Shown: positions 34,864 through 47,815 of the stretch, piece after piece | Position numbering within the stretch: the first letter of the stretch is position 1 | Layout: each line of letters opens with the position of its first letter | Assembly (NCBI RefSeq): GCF_036321535.1 | Contig: NC_087436.1 | Coordinates: 116,748,001 to 116,812,000 of the forward strand | DNA: 64,000 nucleotides | Source of the DNA: Camelus dromedarius | Lineage: Eukaryota | Direction: 5' to 3' | The notes under the pieces: generated by a model | Seen by the model: only the letters and a program-made list of their open reading frames with translations | What the model was told of the DNA's origin: nothing | Database searches by the model: none | Translations under genes and position numbers: made by a program

Positions 34864-37800
34864 CATTCAGCCTCCTTACCAAGAGGCAAGCTTTGGAGCC
34901 GAAGTGAGAGCCTCTGCGCTCAACGCTCACTCAGCCCCTACTGTCCACGTAAACGGGCTGGGGGAGGAAGAAATAAGATAGGGACTGATGGGTGCAAGAG
35001 AGTAGGAGGGAGGTGGGAGAGAATGCTATCCCCACCTGGGAGAGACCACTACGCGGGGGACCAGGAGAATCAAAATGAAGAAGACAGAGCTCCTGCCGTC
35101 AAGATGTTCAGTCCATGGTGGAGACAAACACAGAAAGGCAGGTGAAACCGATCATAAGATACCATGCACATGTGGTGACAGAAGCAGAGCACGGAGGAGA
35201 CCAAAAGCCAGGTGGCTGAGGGCTTTCCCAAGTCCACCTACAAGCCACTCGCAGAGCCAGGGTTCTGAGCCATGTCTTCCCGCTCCAAGTGCCAGCCTCT
35301 GTTTCCTTTCCCGTTCCTGGCGGGGCCTTTCCTAACGCTTTCCACATTCAGACCCTTCCCAATTCCTCACCTCATCGACTATCGATTTTTCCCTTCTTCC
35401 ACTAACAGCTGCAGCACTGGTTAACTCCAGGGGACAAGGTGCAGGTGGCTGTGATTTCTCCAGGCCCAGAAGGCCGGTCCTCCAGGAGACGGCCACACTG
35501 TTCTATTCGGTGCACTAGGAGGCCCCCTGCCGAGCCTCCTGGCCAGGCACACCCGAGTCTCAGGAGACGGGATGGGCGGCTAGAGTTGCTGGTCGGCTCT
35601 TAACTTCTCTGGTTTTGCTCCCGGGCCCCACCTGTTCTCCAGCTGCCCTGGGCACCTGTGGCACTGAGAGAGCCGTAAGAATCACTTCTGCTCCCTCTGG
35701 CCCCCCTCACTGTGCAGGAAAGTGTCTTCCCAAAAGATCTCACTAGCTGAGAGCTGTACGGAGGGTCCAAAGTGCTCTCAGAGGGTGCATGGAATAGAGT
35801 GGTGTCCCGCCAGCCCTCCAGGGTTGTCTACAAGGAGCTCCTACGTAGCAGACGCTCAATAAACATGGCTGAGAGAGGGGGAGGGAGAAGGGCGGGGAGG
35901 AGGGAGAATAAAGTCAGGACCCAGGAGGATGCTCCAGGATGCGGCTGGCTTGTACTACTCCCAGTGCCTGGCATAGACGAGATCCTGAAATAGATGAGGA
36001 AAGAAACTTTTAACAGAAGGAGAAGGACGGAAGAAAGAAGAGAGAGAAGACAGAGCAAGCAGGCGAGGGACAGAGAGCGTGGAGCGGACTGTGGGCTCGG
36101 GCATTGCTCCGCCCCCTGGAGCTAAACCAGGCACGACAAGGCATCCTGCTCCGATATGTTCACTGTCTGCCGTCCAACCCAGCAAACCGCCCAATAGTTT
36201 TGTTTTCACCCTTCAATACAGTCCTCCTAGCTTATCTTTCAGGTTCCCGCTCTCTGAGCTCTCAGCTGCATCCCTAAACCTTAGCTCCCACTGCTTCCTG
36301 ATGCAAACCCTCCACCTCCCTCTGAGAGGGGGAGAGAAGCAGGGGGGTCCTGCCACCAGACTGGCTGGGTGTAAAACATGACACCATCCACTCCCCACCG
36401 CCCCGTGAGGCCAACCTGGGCCTCAGTCAATCCATCTGCAAAATGAGAGGGCCAGTTTGTGGTCCCGTTAGGCACAAACACCCCACAAGAGCCCTCAAAT
36501 TGAAATGAAGACACTGTCCGACAAGAATTGCTAGGAAGTTTGGCTGAAACGGTTTATGCGAAGTACACAGTTCCCAACACGGTGCAGATAGATGTTCAAA
36601 GAGCGGGAAGGAGGGAGTGCCTTTAGGAACTTCATGTCTATCTTCATCTCTTTCTAGTCTATATGAAATATGAGTTCAGTAACTCTTAAAAACATCAGTC
36701 ATCTTCCAAAACTTAGAGAATTTTATTCTCGTCTTTGCATTTCAGGGGCAGGGCTTAAAGTGAGGTGTGGCGCTGAGCCAGTTCATCTTGGCGGTTTGGG
36801 AGAGGGGAGGGCTGGCAGGGTGAAATCACCCTCTTTCCCAAGGGTTTTGCTGTCTCATTCTGGACCAGCTGCAGGTGCCTGGGGAGACCCAGAGGGGACC
36901 ACACACACCACACTCGAGGGGGCGATGAGGAACTGGTCTCCACGCCAGGAGCCTGACCCTGGAGACAGGACCAAATCCCGTCTCTATGGGACCAGAATAG
37001 CACACTATCCAAACTTTGTTCCCATGGATAAAAGAGCGCAAATGCACCCTGCCGACTTCATCACGCCCAGGTCTCCCAGGTAGCAAGGGTGGGGGGAGTT
37101 TAATTTAATACCCTCTAAAAATTAAAACCGATTACACCTTTTAAATGATTAAGAAGGATTAAAAATTCAAAATAATTCAGCAATTAAAAATCTTCATTTG
37201 TAATGAGCCTGAAATATTAAAAACCACAAACCGCTGGAGGTTAGCTTTGTTCATTTCATAGCCCATGAGCAACCCTGCCCACAATGTGGACACCTGCCCG
37301 TCCGGGCAGAAGTGGGAAGAGAGACTGCTTCCCTCAGGCCAGATGTGGAAGGGAGCAGGGGGGTGCGGAGGGCAGAGGGGCGGCTGCCAAGCCACACACC
37401 ATCCAGCTGCGGCCCATTCGCACGCGGCTGCCTTACTGATGCTGTTGACGAAAGGAAGCCAGGGAGCATCCTTGTAATTCCCTGGCAAGAGGCAGCTTGC
37501 TAACACATGGGCCTTGCTTGAGCGCAGAGAGAACACATCAAATCTCCAGGAAGTTTGCTAGCAGCATCTTTCATTAATCACCCTGGGCTGTCAAGCTGCA
37601 AAGAGGGTTAATGCAGGAGCCTTTTTGGAGATCTTGTCAGCTGCCGGTGTCCAGACGCTGTCCGCGCTCCAGCCAGACATAACTGTGGAGTCCAGGACGT
37701 CTCCCCAGGCCCCTCCTTCCAGCCTCCCTCTTCTCCATCCCCCCGTTTCGGGCTCAGCTGGAATAACAACATTGTTCCCTGCTCTGCTGCTGCTTCCTCT

Positions 37801-39424
37801 GCTAATTCATCTGGCTTGCACTGACGCACGGAGAGCCCTGGGGTGCAGAGTCCCTGAGGACATGACATAAATGAGCACCATCGCTTTGGGGCCCCGTCAG
37901 ATGAACCACCTTCAGACAGCCTCACGATTGGCCTTACAATCAGGAGGGAGCTTCCAGATGCAGGCAACTCGCATCTGCTGGTAAATAATAAGGCCAATCC
38001 CAGTTCTGCCAACCGCTTGCCGTTCCCCTTTAGAAACATCGCTTCTCCCTTCTAAGCTTTAGTTGCATCTGCAAAGTGGGGAAAGTCCACCAGCTAGAAC
38101 CGAGCCTTGCTCAGTGCCTGAAGGAGCGTTTTCCCCTTTAGCTCCATTCTCTCCAGCTGTCAAAAGACCCCAGTCCTGCCTCCAAGAGTCCGAAACTTGG
38201 AACCACAAACTGGACAACATGATCTCCGATGCACTTTCGAGCATTAATGGTCTTTGATTCTAAGAATCAGGGGAGGCCAAGGTCAGAATGAGGACAAAAT
38301 CCTAATCTGAGACCTGAAGTTCCTCCTAGGACCCCGGGGAGAGTATGCCTCGTATTCAAATTCCTGGGGCTCAGGACTGCATCCTGCCCTCAGTGATGTG
38401 CTGCCTTTTGTCCCCAGCCTGGCCCGCCTCTTACATCACGCTCCCTGTACACAGTCGCAGAAACATATCATCTCCACTTCACCTGTCATGAGTTGCAAGT
38501 CTAGGGAACATTTTGAGGCTTTAATCAGAGACCAAGATGTCGGGGACGAGGCCACGTGTTGAAAGTGTCAAGAGAGAGCTCCCAGGCCCCGATAAACAAT
38601 CGGCTCCCCCCTGGCTGATCTGTTGATTTCTGCAGAATCTCAGGAAACTTGAAAGCATGCCAGGAGCCAACCACAAAGCATCCAAGACAGCAGCTGCACG
38701 GTCCCTCCATGACACGCCACTGCCTACAGGCAAGGGCCAGGGGAGGCGACAAGACTCTGGGGGGCCCACAGGCTGCTGCCCATTCCCTGGCTTTCTGTGG
38801 GATGGGGCAAGTTGTGAATCCCCCATTTCCTCGTCTATAAACTTGGGACAGTAATAGTTACCCAACAAATTCATTCTGAGCATTAACCTGTGAGCAGAGA
38901 GCCACGGGCTGAGCTGGAAGCCGGACCCACGGGCTGTGGTCTCCTGGTAACTTAACACCTCCCAGCTTAACTCTTCTGTGCCCAGTGTCCCCGCCACCAA
39001 CGAGGGCTCATAAATATTTACAGCCCGCGTGTGTTGCGATGCTCAATTAATCGCTCCTGTGACGCACTTTGAGAGCCTCGGAGGATAAGTGCGCTGCGAG
39101 GGCCGGGGATTAAAGGCACAAACAAGTAAGCTCACAGCAGCCACGGGCTTTGGAGCTTCCTGCCGCCCAGGGCTTTTCATATCATTGCCCAAAATCTGGG
39201 GAAAAGATGCTTTCAAAACACACTGTCCAAGGGTGACTGTGGTGGCCAGGAAGAGACCCTGTTGGTCTTTTCAGATAACTTACCAGCAAAGAAATGCAAA
39301 TGGACCAAAATCATTTGAAAATGGTAATAATAATAATTCCATCTCACTGGTCATCAAGGAAGTGAAACAGACAAAATAAGGCATCAAGTACCAAGCAGGG
39401 AAATTTGTTTTAAATGGTTGTGAA

Positions 39425-39672
39425 TTTAAATATATATTCTTTTTCATGTTCTTTATCGTTATAGGTTATTACAACATATTGAATGTAGTTCTCCGTGCTG
39501 TACAGTAGGACCTTGTTGTTCATCTATTTTCTATATAGTAGTGTGTGTCTGCTAGTCCCAACGTCCTAAATATCCCCTCCCCCTTTCCTTCCTGGTAACC
39601 AATAAGTTTGTTTTCTATGTCTGTGAGTCAGTTTCCGTTTTGTAAGTCAAGTATACTTCAATTTTTTTTTTT
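39425..39672 (-). mobile_element. L1 3' fragment, probably 5'-inverted, within an older L1ME-like relic
   Basis: Minus-strand L1 3'UTR 39425-39645 (ataggttattacaac...cctggtaaccaataagtttgttttctatgtctgtgagtc) followed by sense-strand terminal motif gtatacttcaatt. Confidence 0.8.
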
Positions 39673-40321
39673 TCCAATGGTAGTAAGATACGGTGAGATG
39701 GTCCCTTCTCACTGTGTGGGTAAGAATGTAAATTGACACAGCCCATCTTGAAGGCACCTGAGGATACTCAACAAGGGGCTTAGAAGACCCTCATTATCAG
39801 ACACTTTCACTGCCCTTGATGGAGTCTCTCCATGGAAATACTCAGCCATCAGACTAAAACTGCAAGCAGGGAGACACACTGCAACATTATTTGCAATAGT
39901 AAAAATGACCTAATTTCTTCCTCCAAACATCACACAGCCAAAAAATACCCTGTTTTTGAATAACAGTTCAAGATACACAATGCATTTTTTAACATCAGGA
40001 TCCTATACATCCTTTCGTATTATTTTCAGACGTCTATACATTGAAATGTATACACACACCCTCACACACATACACACACGTGTGCATGAGACTCAGCAAA
40101 ACATCATCTGTGGTGTTGACTGTTATTTCCTTCTCCATGCATTTTTCTATTTTTTATATTCTCTGTAGGGAGATGTCCTTTTAGGTCTAGAACAGCACAA
40201 ACAGAAAGCAACTGTTCCCTAAGCTGATCCCTGAAATGTCTTTGATGATCACCCACTCCTTCGGGGAGGAGCTGAATTGCATGCAGCTGGCACTTAACCT
40301 TGGTTCTCTTTTCTGCCCTAG

Positions 40322-40350
40322 GTCATGGCCCCGAATCAGTAGTGCTACAG
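40322..40350 (+). CDS. CLNK: CLNK coding micro-exon (inferred exon 4), 29 nt, phase 2-1: (R)SWPRISSAT(G)
   Basis: Acceptor ttctcttttctgccctAG, donor CAG|gtgagt. Matches recalled human RSWPRINSATG and phases fit both neighbours. Confidence 0.95.
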
Positions 40351-42444
40351 GTGAGTCAGCCCCCACGGCCCCACCTCGCCCCCACTGGGACCTAAGCAGC
40401 GGGGATGTCAGCATGAACCTCTTTTTCTTCTTTTCATTCTTTTCTGTTTTTCCTTGGGTAGAACTACTGGCCTGTTCAAAGTGACATTAGTTACTTACAG
40501 TCTTTCCCTCTGGTTGCTCCCAGGGTGTAAGTCTGCAATATTTGCAGACGTCAGATGTCTGGCTCTCCCTTTATTAGCTGTGCAACTTTGGATGAAGCAA
40601 AGACCCCTGTGGGTCCAAGTTTCTCCATCTGTGAAATGGGTAGAAGTCTGCCTGAGTGCCCGTATTGTGGCTGCTCACTCGGGTTTGTCCCACTCCACTT
40701 GACACATGGGTTCCCCCCAAAATACGTGTGGAGGGAGTGAATGGGGCAGAAACTTCATTTTAGGCTTCTCTTGCATCTTTTCAGAGCCTAGTTCCTGTTA
40801 CCAAACACTTAGTAGGACCCCACGAACTTTTGAATAAAGTAGATAGCATCCATTTTGCAGCATTGTTATATCAAGGAAAGTCCCATAGAATTTCTTAGAA
40901 ATCTGGTGACTAGGAATGAGGACCAGAATGAGACATAAAAAAATGAGAAATAGACAAGAGGAAGCATGCAAAGGAGTGATTGGTTCACAGGGAGTGATGT
41001 CGTCAGCAAATGAATCCGAAAGGTTCATTATAGCGCAGGTTGGAGCGTGTAACCAGCACCCAGCGCGCCCTGCAGAGCAGCGAGAAGGAGAAAGGCAAAA
41101 TCAACATTTCAAGTATGAATATAAATAAGAAATGAGCAACCAGCTCTAATTCCTCTTGCAGAACGTGTTTTTCTGAAGCTTCTCAGTCAGGTCCTAAGAA
41201 AGGCTGCATTCTCTCCAGGTAGATGCTTCCAAATTGCTGTGAGTCTTTGGAGTCAAAAACTACCCCTCTCCCCTTGCTGGCCACCTCTCACCCCTTCCAA
41301 CCACCCACTTAAAAGAGTCTTGCAGGGACTGTAGAAAATTCTCAAGGGGGTGGTGCTGGGAAATGAGGTTGTTAATCTGATGCAGTGGCTGATGAATTAT
41401 AATCGTGACCTGTACCTCTCTCCCTCCCGGCTTGTTCTCCACCTGCTGACAGGTAGGGTGCTATTTCATCAACAGCATTGCGAGACACAAGCGGGGAAAA
41501 AAAACAAATCAAAACCATTAAAAAAAAAAAAAAAAAGTCGATTGAGATAAAGCCGCCCACAGGCATTCAAATCTACACCCCGACAAAAACACTTAGCCAC
41601 AAACATTTCACCCCTTACACACCCTGCCGCGGTCTATTAAACTATAATAAAACTGATACAATTAAGGAAGCACGTGATGACTTATAGGAGACTGTTCATC
41701 ATGTTGATACGTATAACATTCTCAGATACTTTAAAACTGTTTGCAATTTTCTACCATGGGAGTCATTGAAAATATGGTGGGGCACCCTTACGAGAGAATA
41801 CTACGGAGCCATTAAATATAATGCTGTGACGCACACGGATGGATACGTCGTAGCCTGCTATTATATGAACGCGCAGGCAAGAAAACAGTGTGCACGCACT
41901 GTGATCGTGTATACATAGAGTGTATCACACGTGTGTGTTAGTGATTTTGTGCTAATCAAGTATTTATAGTGGGTGTGTTGGTGTGGGGACATTACAGTGA
42001 TTTTTATTCTCCTCTTTTTTGCTTATCTGTATCTGATTTTTCTACAGCAGCATATATTTTTGTATACTGAAAGCAATCTGTCAAAAAAAAAAAATCTCTA
42101 GACCTCGAGAAGACAGACACATATTCAAACTTGGACAATCTGTCAATGCCAACATCTTCTGTGAAGTTGATCCATAGAGAACAGTGTCATGTTTTTCCGT
42201 AAAATAAACTCAGGAGTTTTTCTCCTTCCACTGAATACAGAATGAAATTGGAGAGGACAGCCCTGCTTAGAAAGTGAGTCCTTCTGTCTTAAGTTATCAT
42301 ACACAGTAAAAACCCTGATCAAGGTATATATTGGTTGATCCAATTAAATAGATAAGAAATTTCATTTTGTCCAGGAACCCTTGTTTTGTTTTGTTCTGTG
42401 TTTTCTAAAGAAATCAATCTTAAAGGTTGGTTTTTCCCACTTTT

Positions 42445-42555
42445 TTTAGTGTTAAACATCCTATTGTTTAATCTATTAATTAATTAAAGAGTTTTTTTAA
42501 TTGAAGTGTAGTCGATTTACTGTGTTAGTTTCAGGTGTACAGCAAAGCAATTCAG
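42445..42555 (-). mobile_element. Very short L1 3' end plus 3'-transduced segment, flanked by a 17-bp TSD
   Basis: ttgaagtgtagtcgatttactgtgttagtttcaggtgtacagcaaagcaattcag is an L1 tail (reverse); TSD tggtttttcccactttt at 42428-42444 and 42556-42572. Confidence 0.85.
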
Positions 42556-43666
42556 TGGTTTTTCCCACTTTTAAAAGAAAAATTAATAAGAATTTTAGGA
42601 CCAGAGGGAGGAAAGGCAGGTATGGAATACGTGAGCATCCAGTGCCTCCTGCTGACCGTTTCTGGACAGTGCAATACCTGTATGAACTTAGCAGAGGCTG
42701 GTTCTCCCCAAGAAGCTGGAGAAACAGGTGGACAGAAACAAATTGAAAAGTGAACAGCTAAACTGCAGGAAAAGCTGTTCACCCAGTTCTGGTAAGCACA
42801 AGCCAGGGTTTCAAATCGTCCAAGGTTGATAAGCCCCAAAGATGTATCATCGTCTTCAAAATTCAGCGTGTGTCAGAGTCAGAGCAGTTAAGAATGCACA
42901 GACTCAAGCCCACGCCAGGTTTTGCTTTGGCACACCTGCTGTGAGGCCAGAGGACCCTTACCTTTAACAAAATCATTCTAATTCAGGTAGTTCTGGGACA
43001 GTCTTTTGAGAATCACTGGCTGAAGCAAAAATATACAGATAGATAAATGAAAACTATCAAGACTGTCCCCACCAAGAGACAGCTGTCAGATCCCTGGGAA
43101 ACAACTTTCTCAGAATATTTCATTTGAATTTCTGGAGATCACATGAGAAATGGGAGAAGAGGCCCCTGCCTTACATATCACCATTCAATCATTTATTCAT
43201 TCATCCATCCATCCTTTTAACCAGCTGTGGTGGTTTCTTAATGGGACAGATTCTATAACCAGCTTTGGGCACAGGTTTTAAAAAAAGGAAATGAAAATGA
43301 AAGGTTCTGGGAACTCAGCTAGTTTGAGATTCTAATACTGTGCTTTACAGGTGAGGAAACTAAGAATCAGAAAAGGGAAGGAGGCAAGAGGGAGCGCCAA
43401 GCCCAAGTGCACTCAGCAAGGGGGCAGATCAGGCGCGACTTGGAGTCCTGCTGCTGGTTCCCGGGGCTGGGTGTTTCCCCTGCACCCCTCCCTCTAGCTC
43501 ACAGGCCACTGCCCATTCGCTGTCACCTACAGACACTGGGTTGCAGGAGTGAGCAGAAGCCTGGAGTCTCACCTCTGCCTCGGGGAGGCAGGCACGCCGT
43601 CTGTAACCATGTGGCACACTCGTCCCCACGCGGTGCTCCCACGCGCTGTGGGGAAGCTGAATGAGG

Positions 43667-44030
43667 TGTACTAATCAGGGAGGACTCACACCTAGGACGC
43701 GTAAACCACAGATGTTAGTGGCTGACTGAAATGAAGGTTTATTTCTTGCTCATCACAATCCAATGTAAAGTGAAGGAGGTCTTTTCCCAAGCACTCACTG
43801 GGGATCCACTCTCCTTCTACTCAGTGCCTGAGGGTCTTGGGGTCCGCTCTCTCTGCCCAGAGCCTGGGGCATGAATGAGAGGTGGAGTGGAATCCATCAC
43901 ACCCGCCTCTTCGCAGCGGCCACAGCACCAGGCCATGGCCACCCAGTGTAAGGGGCGCTGGGAACTGTGTGCCCACCGACCGCCCCCAGGAAGAGGGAAC
44001 GGGGTTTCGTGAGCGCACAGCATTCTCTCT
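43667..44030 (-). mobile_element. Degenerate old MaLR LTR (MLT1J/K-like)
   Basis: tgtactaatcaggg...tagtggct...aaggtttatttcttgctcat...gggcgctgggaactgtgt. Confidence 0.5.
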
Positions 44031-45905
44031 GCCGTCCCAGGTGCCTGAGGTAGTGACGACCAGGGCTGGAGAGGTGCTGCTTAATTTTTACCTGAGATTG
44101 GTAGTCAGGGACGGTCCCTGAAGGGAGATGACATTTAAAGGACAATATGATGGATGAAAAGGATCCAGGCCTGGAGAGAGCTGAGGCAAGAACGTTCTGG
44201 ACTGAGGGACAGAGCACGTAAAGGCACCGAGTGGGAGGAGCTTGGGGTACTGGATGGACTTAAAAAGAGGCTGATGTGTCTAGAGTTCAGAGAAGGAAGA
44301 CACTGGAAAGAGATGAGATTAGAGATAGGCCGAGGCCGGGCTGTGCTGGGTGGTGCTGGCCTCTGCGAGCCACAGCAGGGAATCTGGACCACGTTTCATG
44401 GGCCATAAGTGACACGAACTGATCTGCACTTTTAAAACTATGCTTTTAAAATGAAATTTCCAATAACAGAGAGAGGTAATGAGGGCAGTGTACGCACACA
44501 ACAAAGAAGTGATCAGAGGCTGCCTGTTTTTATCTGTGTCACTGTGAGTGAGACAGAAAACAACTGCTCCAACAGTTCCCTGTGTTATGGTGGTCTGGCA
44601 TGGTGAGAAAGGAAGCCCTGGGAGGCTATCCAAGGACACTGAGCATTTTGGAAAACAAAGTGGAGGAGACAGGGCCTCCCGGTGGAATCAACACAAGGCA
44701 AGACCCAGGAGTGGCATGTAGCATATTTGGGGACTCCGGGAGAGTCCCAGACGGCAATGCCAGTTGAAGAGACCCCACAGCTCTCCAGGAGGATGTGGGC
44801 ATAATGACCATGTTCAATGAGGCCAATTTCCTAAAATGAAATTATTTGGCCCCTGACTCAGACAGTGGAGCTGCTTTCCGAATCCCCAATAATTCCATGC
44901 TCATTTGTTCCTGCCAGACAAGCTGGTCTTTAATGGGCAACTTTATTAATTTAATTCATGGGCATGTACAAACTGCTACTGCAAAGGGCTGGAAACCTGT
45001 GGGTTTCTCTGCCAGGGATCTCAGGAGGGTGTAACCGTGCTGGGACAGGACAGTGTTATTAGTGCCCCAGGGTACTGGTAGCTGCTAGTCCTACCAAAAG
45101 GATGGATGGAAACTGGTGGCAGGTGCAGACAGGATTCTGCTCCTCCAGACTCATTATCTCAAGGAGATTAGCTCTGGCGAGTTAACACATCCCCCGTGCA
45201 CCAGTCCTAAACAAATTCCAGAAAACCGTGTTTCCACTGAGACAGACTTCCATTAATTTACACATTACACCCTACAAAAGACTTGGGCATGCTGGCACAA
45301 ATTCACAGCTATTAATTTTGTATTTTGATCCGGTAAGAGAATTCAAGGTGAAAGGACAAAAGTTTAAGAACATGATGAAGCCAGACCAAGAAGCACAAAT
45401 GCATTCATGTCACGGTCCTCTACGCTACTTGGACTCAGACCAGAAATTTGCCTTGAGAGTCTTAGCAGCCAAAGGAGGAAGGGAAATATGATCTCTTATA
45501 GGGTTGATATTTTATGTTAAATCAAAGCAAACTAATTGCTAAGAAGAGTGCAGCTTCTTGTCCTGAGACCTACTAGAAACGTCTCACGTATATGCTAATA
45601 AGGAAAATGTAATTAGAATATTTTCTGCCTACAATGTTCCTAAATTCAGACTAACAGCATGAAACTATGCTGCATTTTAGGAAAAATAAGTCTATGAGGA
45701 AGCAAAAACCCTGCAGATCATGTGAGCAATTCTCTGGTGATTTTGCATAATCCCAGGGTATAAAGTAAAACATAAAACACTGAGTGTGCTAGATGACCTT
45801 TAGGCAACTTTTCATAAAACAAGTCCAAATGAGTGAGCTGAGTGTTGAGAAATCTCGGCTGCACAATACAAATTCAATACATGCCTATCGAGAACTCATT
45901 TGATT

Positions 45906-46220
45906 ATTTACAAAACAGAAACGAACTCACAGACATAGGAAACAAACTTACGGTTATGGGGGCAGGGTGGGGGTGGGGGAAATGATAAATTGGGAGTTTG
46001 AGATTTGCAGATACAAACTACTATATATAAAATAGATGAACAACATGTTTCCACTGCATAGCACGGGAAACTGTAGTCAATATTTTGTAGTAACCTATAA
46101 TGAAAAAGTATATGGAAAGGAATACATGTAGGTCCATGTATAACTGAAACATTATGCTCTACACCAGAAGTTGACGCAACATTGTAAACTGATTGTAGTT
46201 GAATAAAAAAAGAATGCAAA

Positions 46221-46267
<47 letters not shown>

Positions 46268-46268
46268 A
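45906..46268 (+). mobile_element. L1 3' end (camelid type) with (AAAT)n tail
   Basis: tttacaaaacagaaacgaactcacagacatagg...gataaattgggagtttgagatttgcagatac...ctctacaccagaag...; (AAAT) run about 46218-46266. Confidence 0.9.
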
Positions 46269-46848
46269 AGAAATAGCATAGCTAACTAAATCCTTTTATA
46301 CCTTAAATGATGAAAATTTAAAAATCACTGAGTTTTCCTCTTCAATTAAAAAGAAAGAACTCATTTGGTCAATATTAGGCCCTGCACCTGGTGTCAGGGA
46401 CAGATGAACGAATAGATAAGGCTCTTACATGGGTAGAATGTAAACGCATGGAATCTGTTCAGGGAGACCCTGATGGACATGTGTGCCGCAGGGGGTGAGC
46501 GGAGGGGAAGACACATCTGGTCTTTGGCTGAGATGCTACTAAGTCATCGCTTTGGGTACAACTGACATGGGGGCAGGGTTCCTCCTAACACTGTTTCTCT
46601 CTGAGTGAGAAGGCTAGGCTGCCGTGGAAAGAGCCAGCCTTCTTGGGTGGGGTCTGATTTTCTTTCCTCCTTTTCCACTGCCCCAGTTATGCAAAAGCGG
46701 CAGAGAGGATAAGTATGGAAATGTGCACTTGATTTTGAGCGATTACAGTCAAGAAGAATTCATTGAAATGAGCACAAGACTTCTGGAGGACAAGGGCCCA
46801 GTCTTTCCAATGCTTTGCAGTAATACTTTGGTCTATTTCTCTTGGCAG

Positions 46849-46886
46849 GCCAGTACCAGACTATTAATGAGCCTCTTCTTGATGGA
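46849..46886 (+). CDS. CLNK: CLNK coding micro-exon (inferred exon 5), 38 nt, phase 1-0: (G)QYQTINEPLLDG
   Basis: Acceptor tctatttctcttggcAG, donor GGA|gtaagt. Aligns to recalled human GQYQRMNKPLLDW. Confidence 0.94.
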
Positions 46887-47049
46887 GTAAGTCGGCTGCT
46901 TTCCTTACCTATTTTGTCAGTCTTTGATATTTACAAAGTAAGTGGCTTTTTTAAGGTACTTGGTGAATTAAAAAAATGAACCTTCCCAAAAGGCAGAATT
47001 TCCTGGCAGAGAAAACTGCATTTCAATTCTTGGGTATAAAACTATATTC

Positions 47050-47160
47050 CTATAATATATGTAAATCACACCATCATGCCGTATGCCTTAAGCTTACACA
47101 GTGATGTATGTCAATTATTTCTCAGTAAAGCTGGATAAATAAATAATAAACAAATAATAA
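47050..47160 (+). mobile_element. Short older L1 3' end
   Basis: ccttaagcttacacagtgatgtatgtcaattatttctcagtaaagctgg plus A-rich tail. Confidence 0.65.
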
Positions 47161-47815
47161 GGCATCAATATAGAGAAAGGCAAAAAAACAACTAGGTTTT
47201 AATCCCTCATATAAAATGGAGATAAAAATTAGTTCACAGTAGCCATTGTGAAGATTGAGTAAGGTGAAAACACCAACACATGGTGCTCGCAAGTGTGTGA
47301 TGAAAATAGTTCTTCTTAACACTCAAGGTGAAATTTTAAATTGCAAAAACCTCTTTGAAAAGCAATTTCATAATAGTAACTAAAGAATTTTCTCAAGCCC
47401 TATTAATTCTATGGTTGGAAATTTAAATTAAAGAATTAACCTAAAAGTTGGATGAGTGTTTAAACACATTAATTTGTATTTCACAATAATGTATTTTAAA
47501 TGGCAACATATTTGGATTATTAAATATTAAGTCATAGAAAAAAATCATTGATTATGATATATTTATATTATGAAACCATTAAAATATTTGCAAAGAATTA
47601 TAATGATAAAAGAAAATTTTAAATTTATAACATGAAATCAGGTACCTGACAGTGGATAGATACTAGGTAGGTTAACAGATAAACAGATAGATGTAACTCA
47701 TCATATGTAAAATGAAACTCTGTCTCTTTCTCTTTCTGGAACGAAATAAACCAAAATATTTATACTGGGCCCTGGGGGCAAGATTCTCAGGGACTGGTGG
47801 AGAGTCTCCTCAGAG

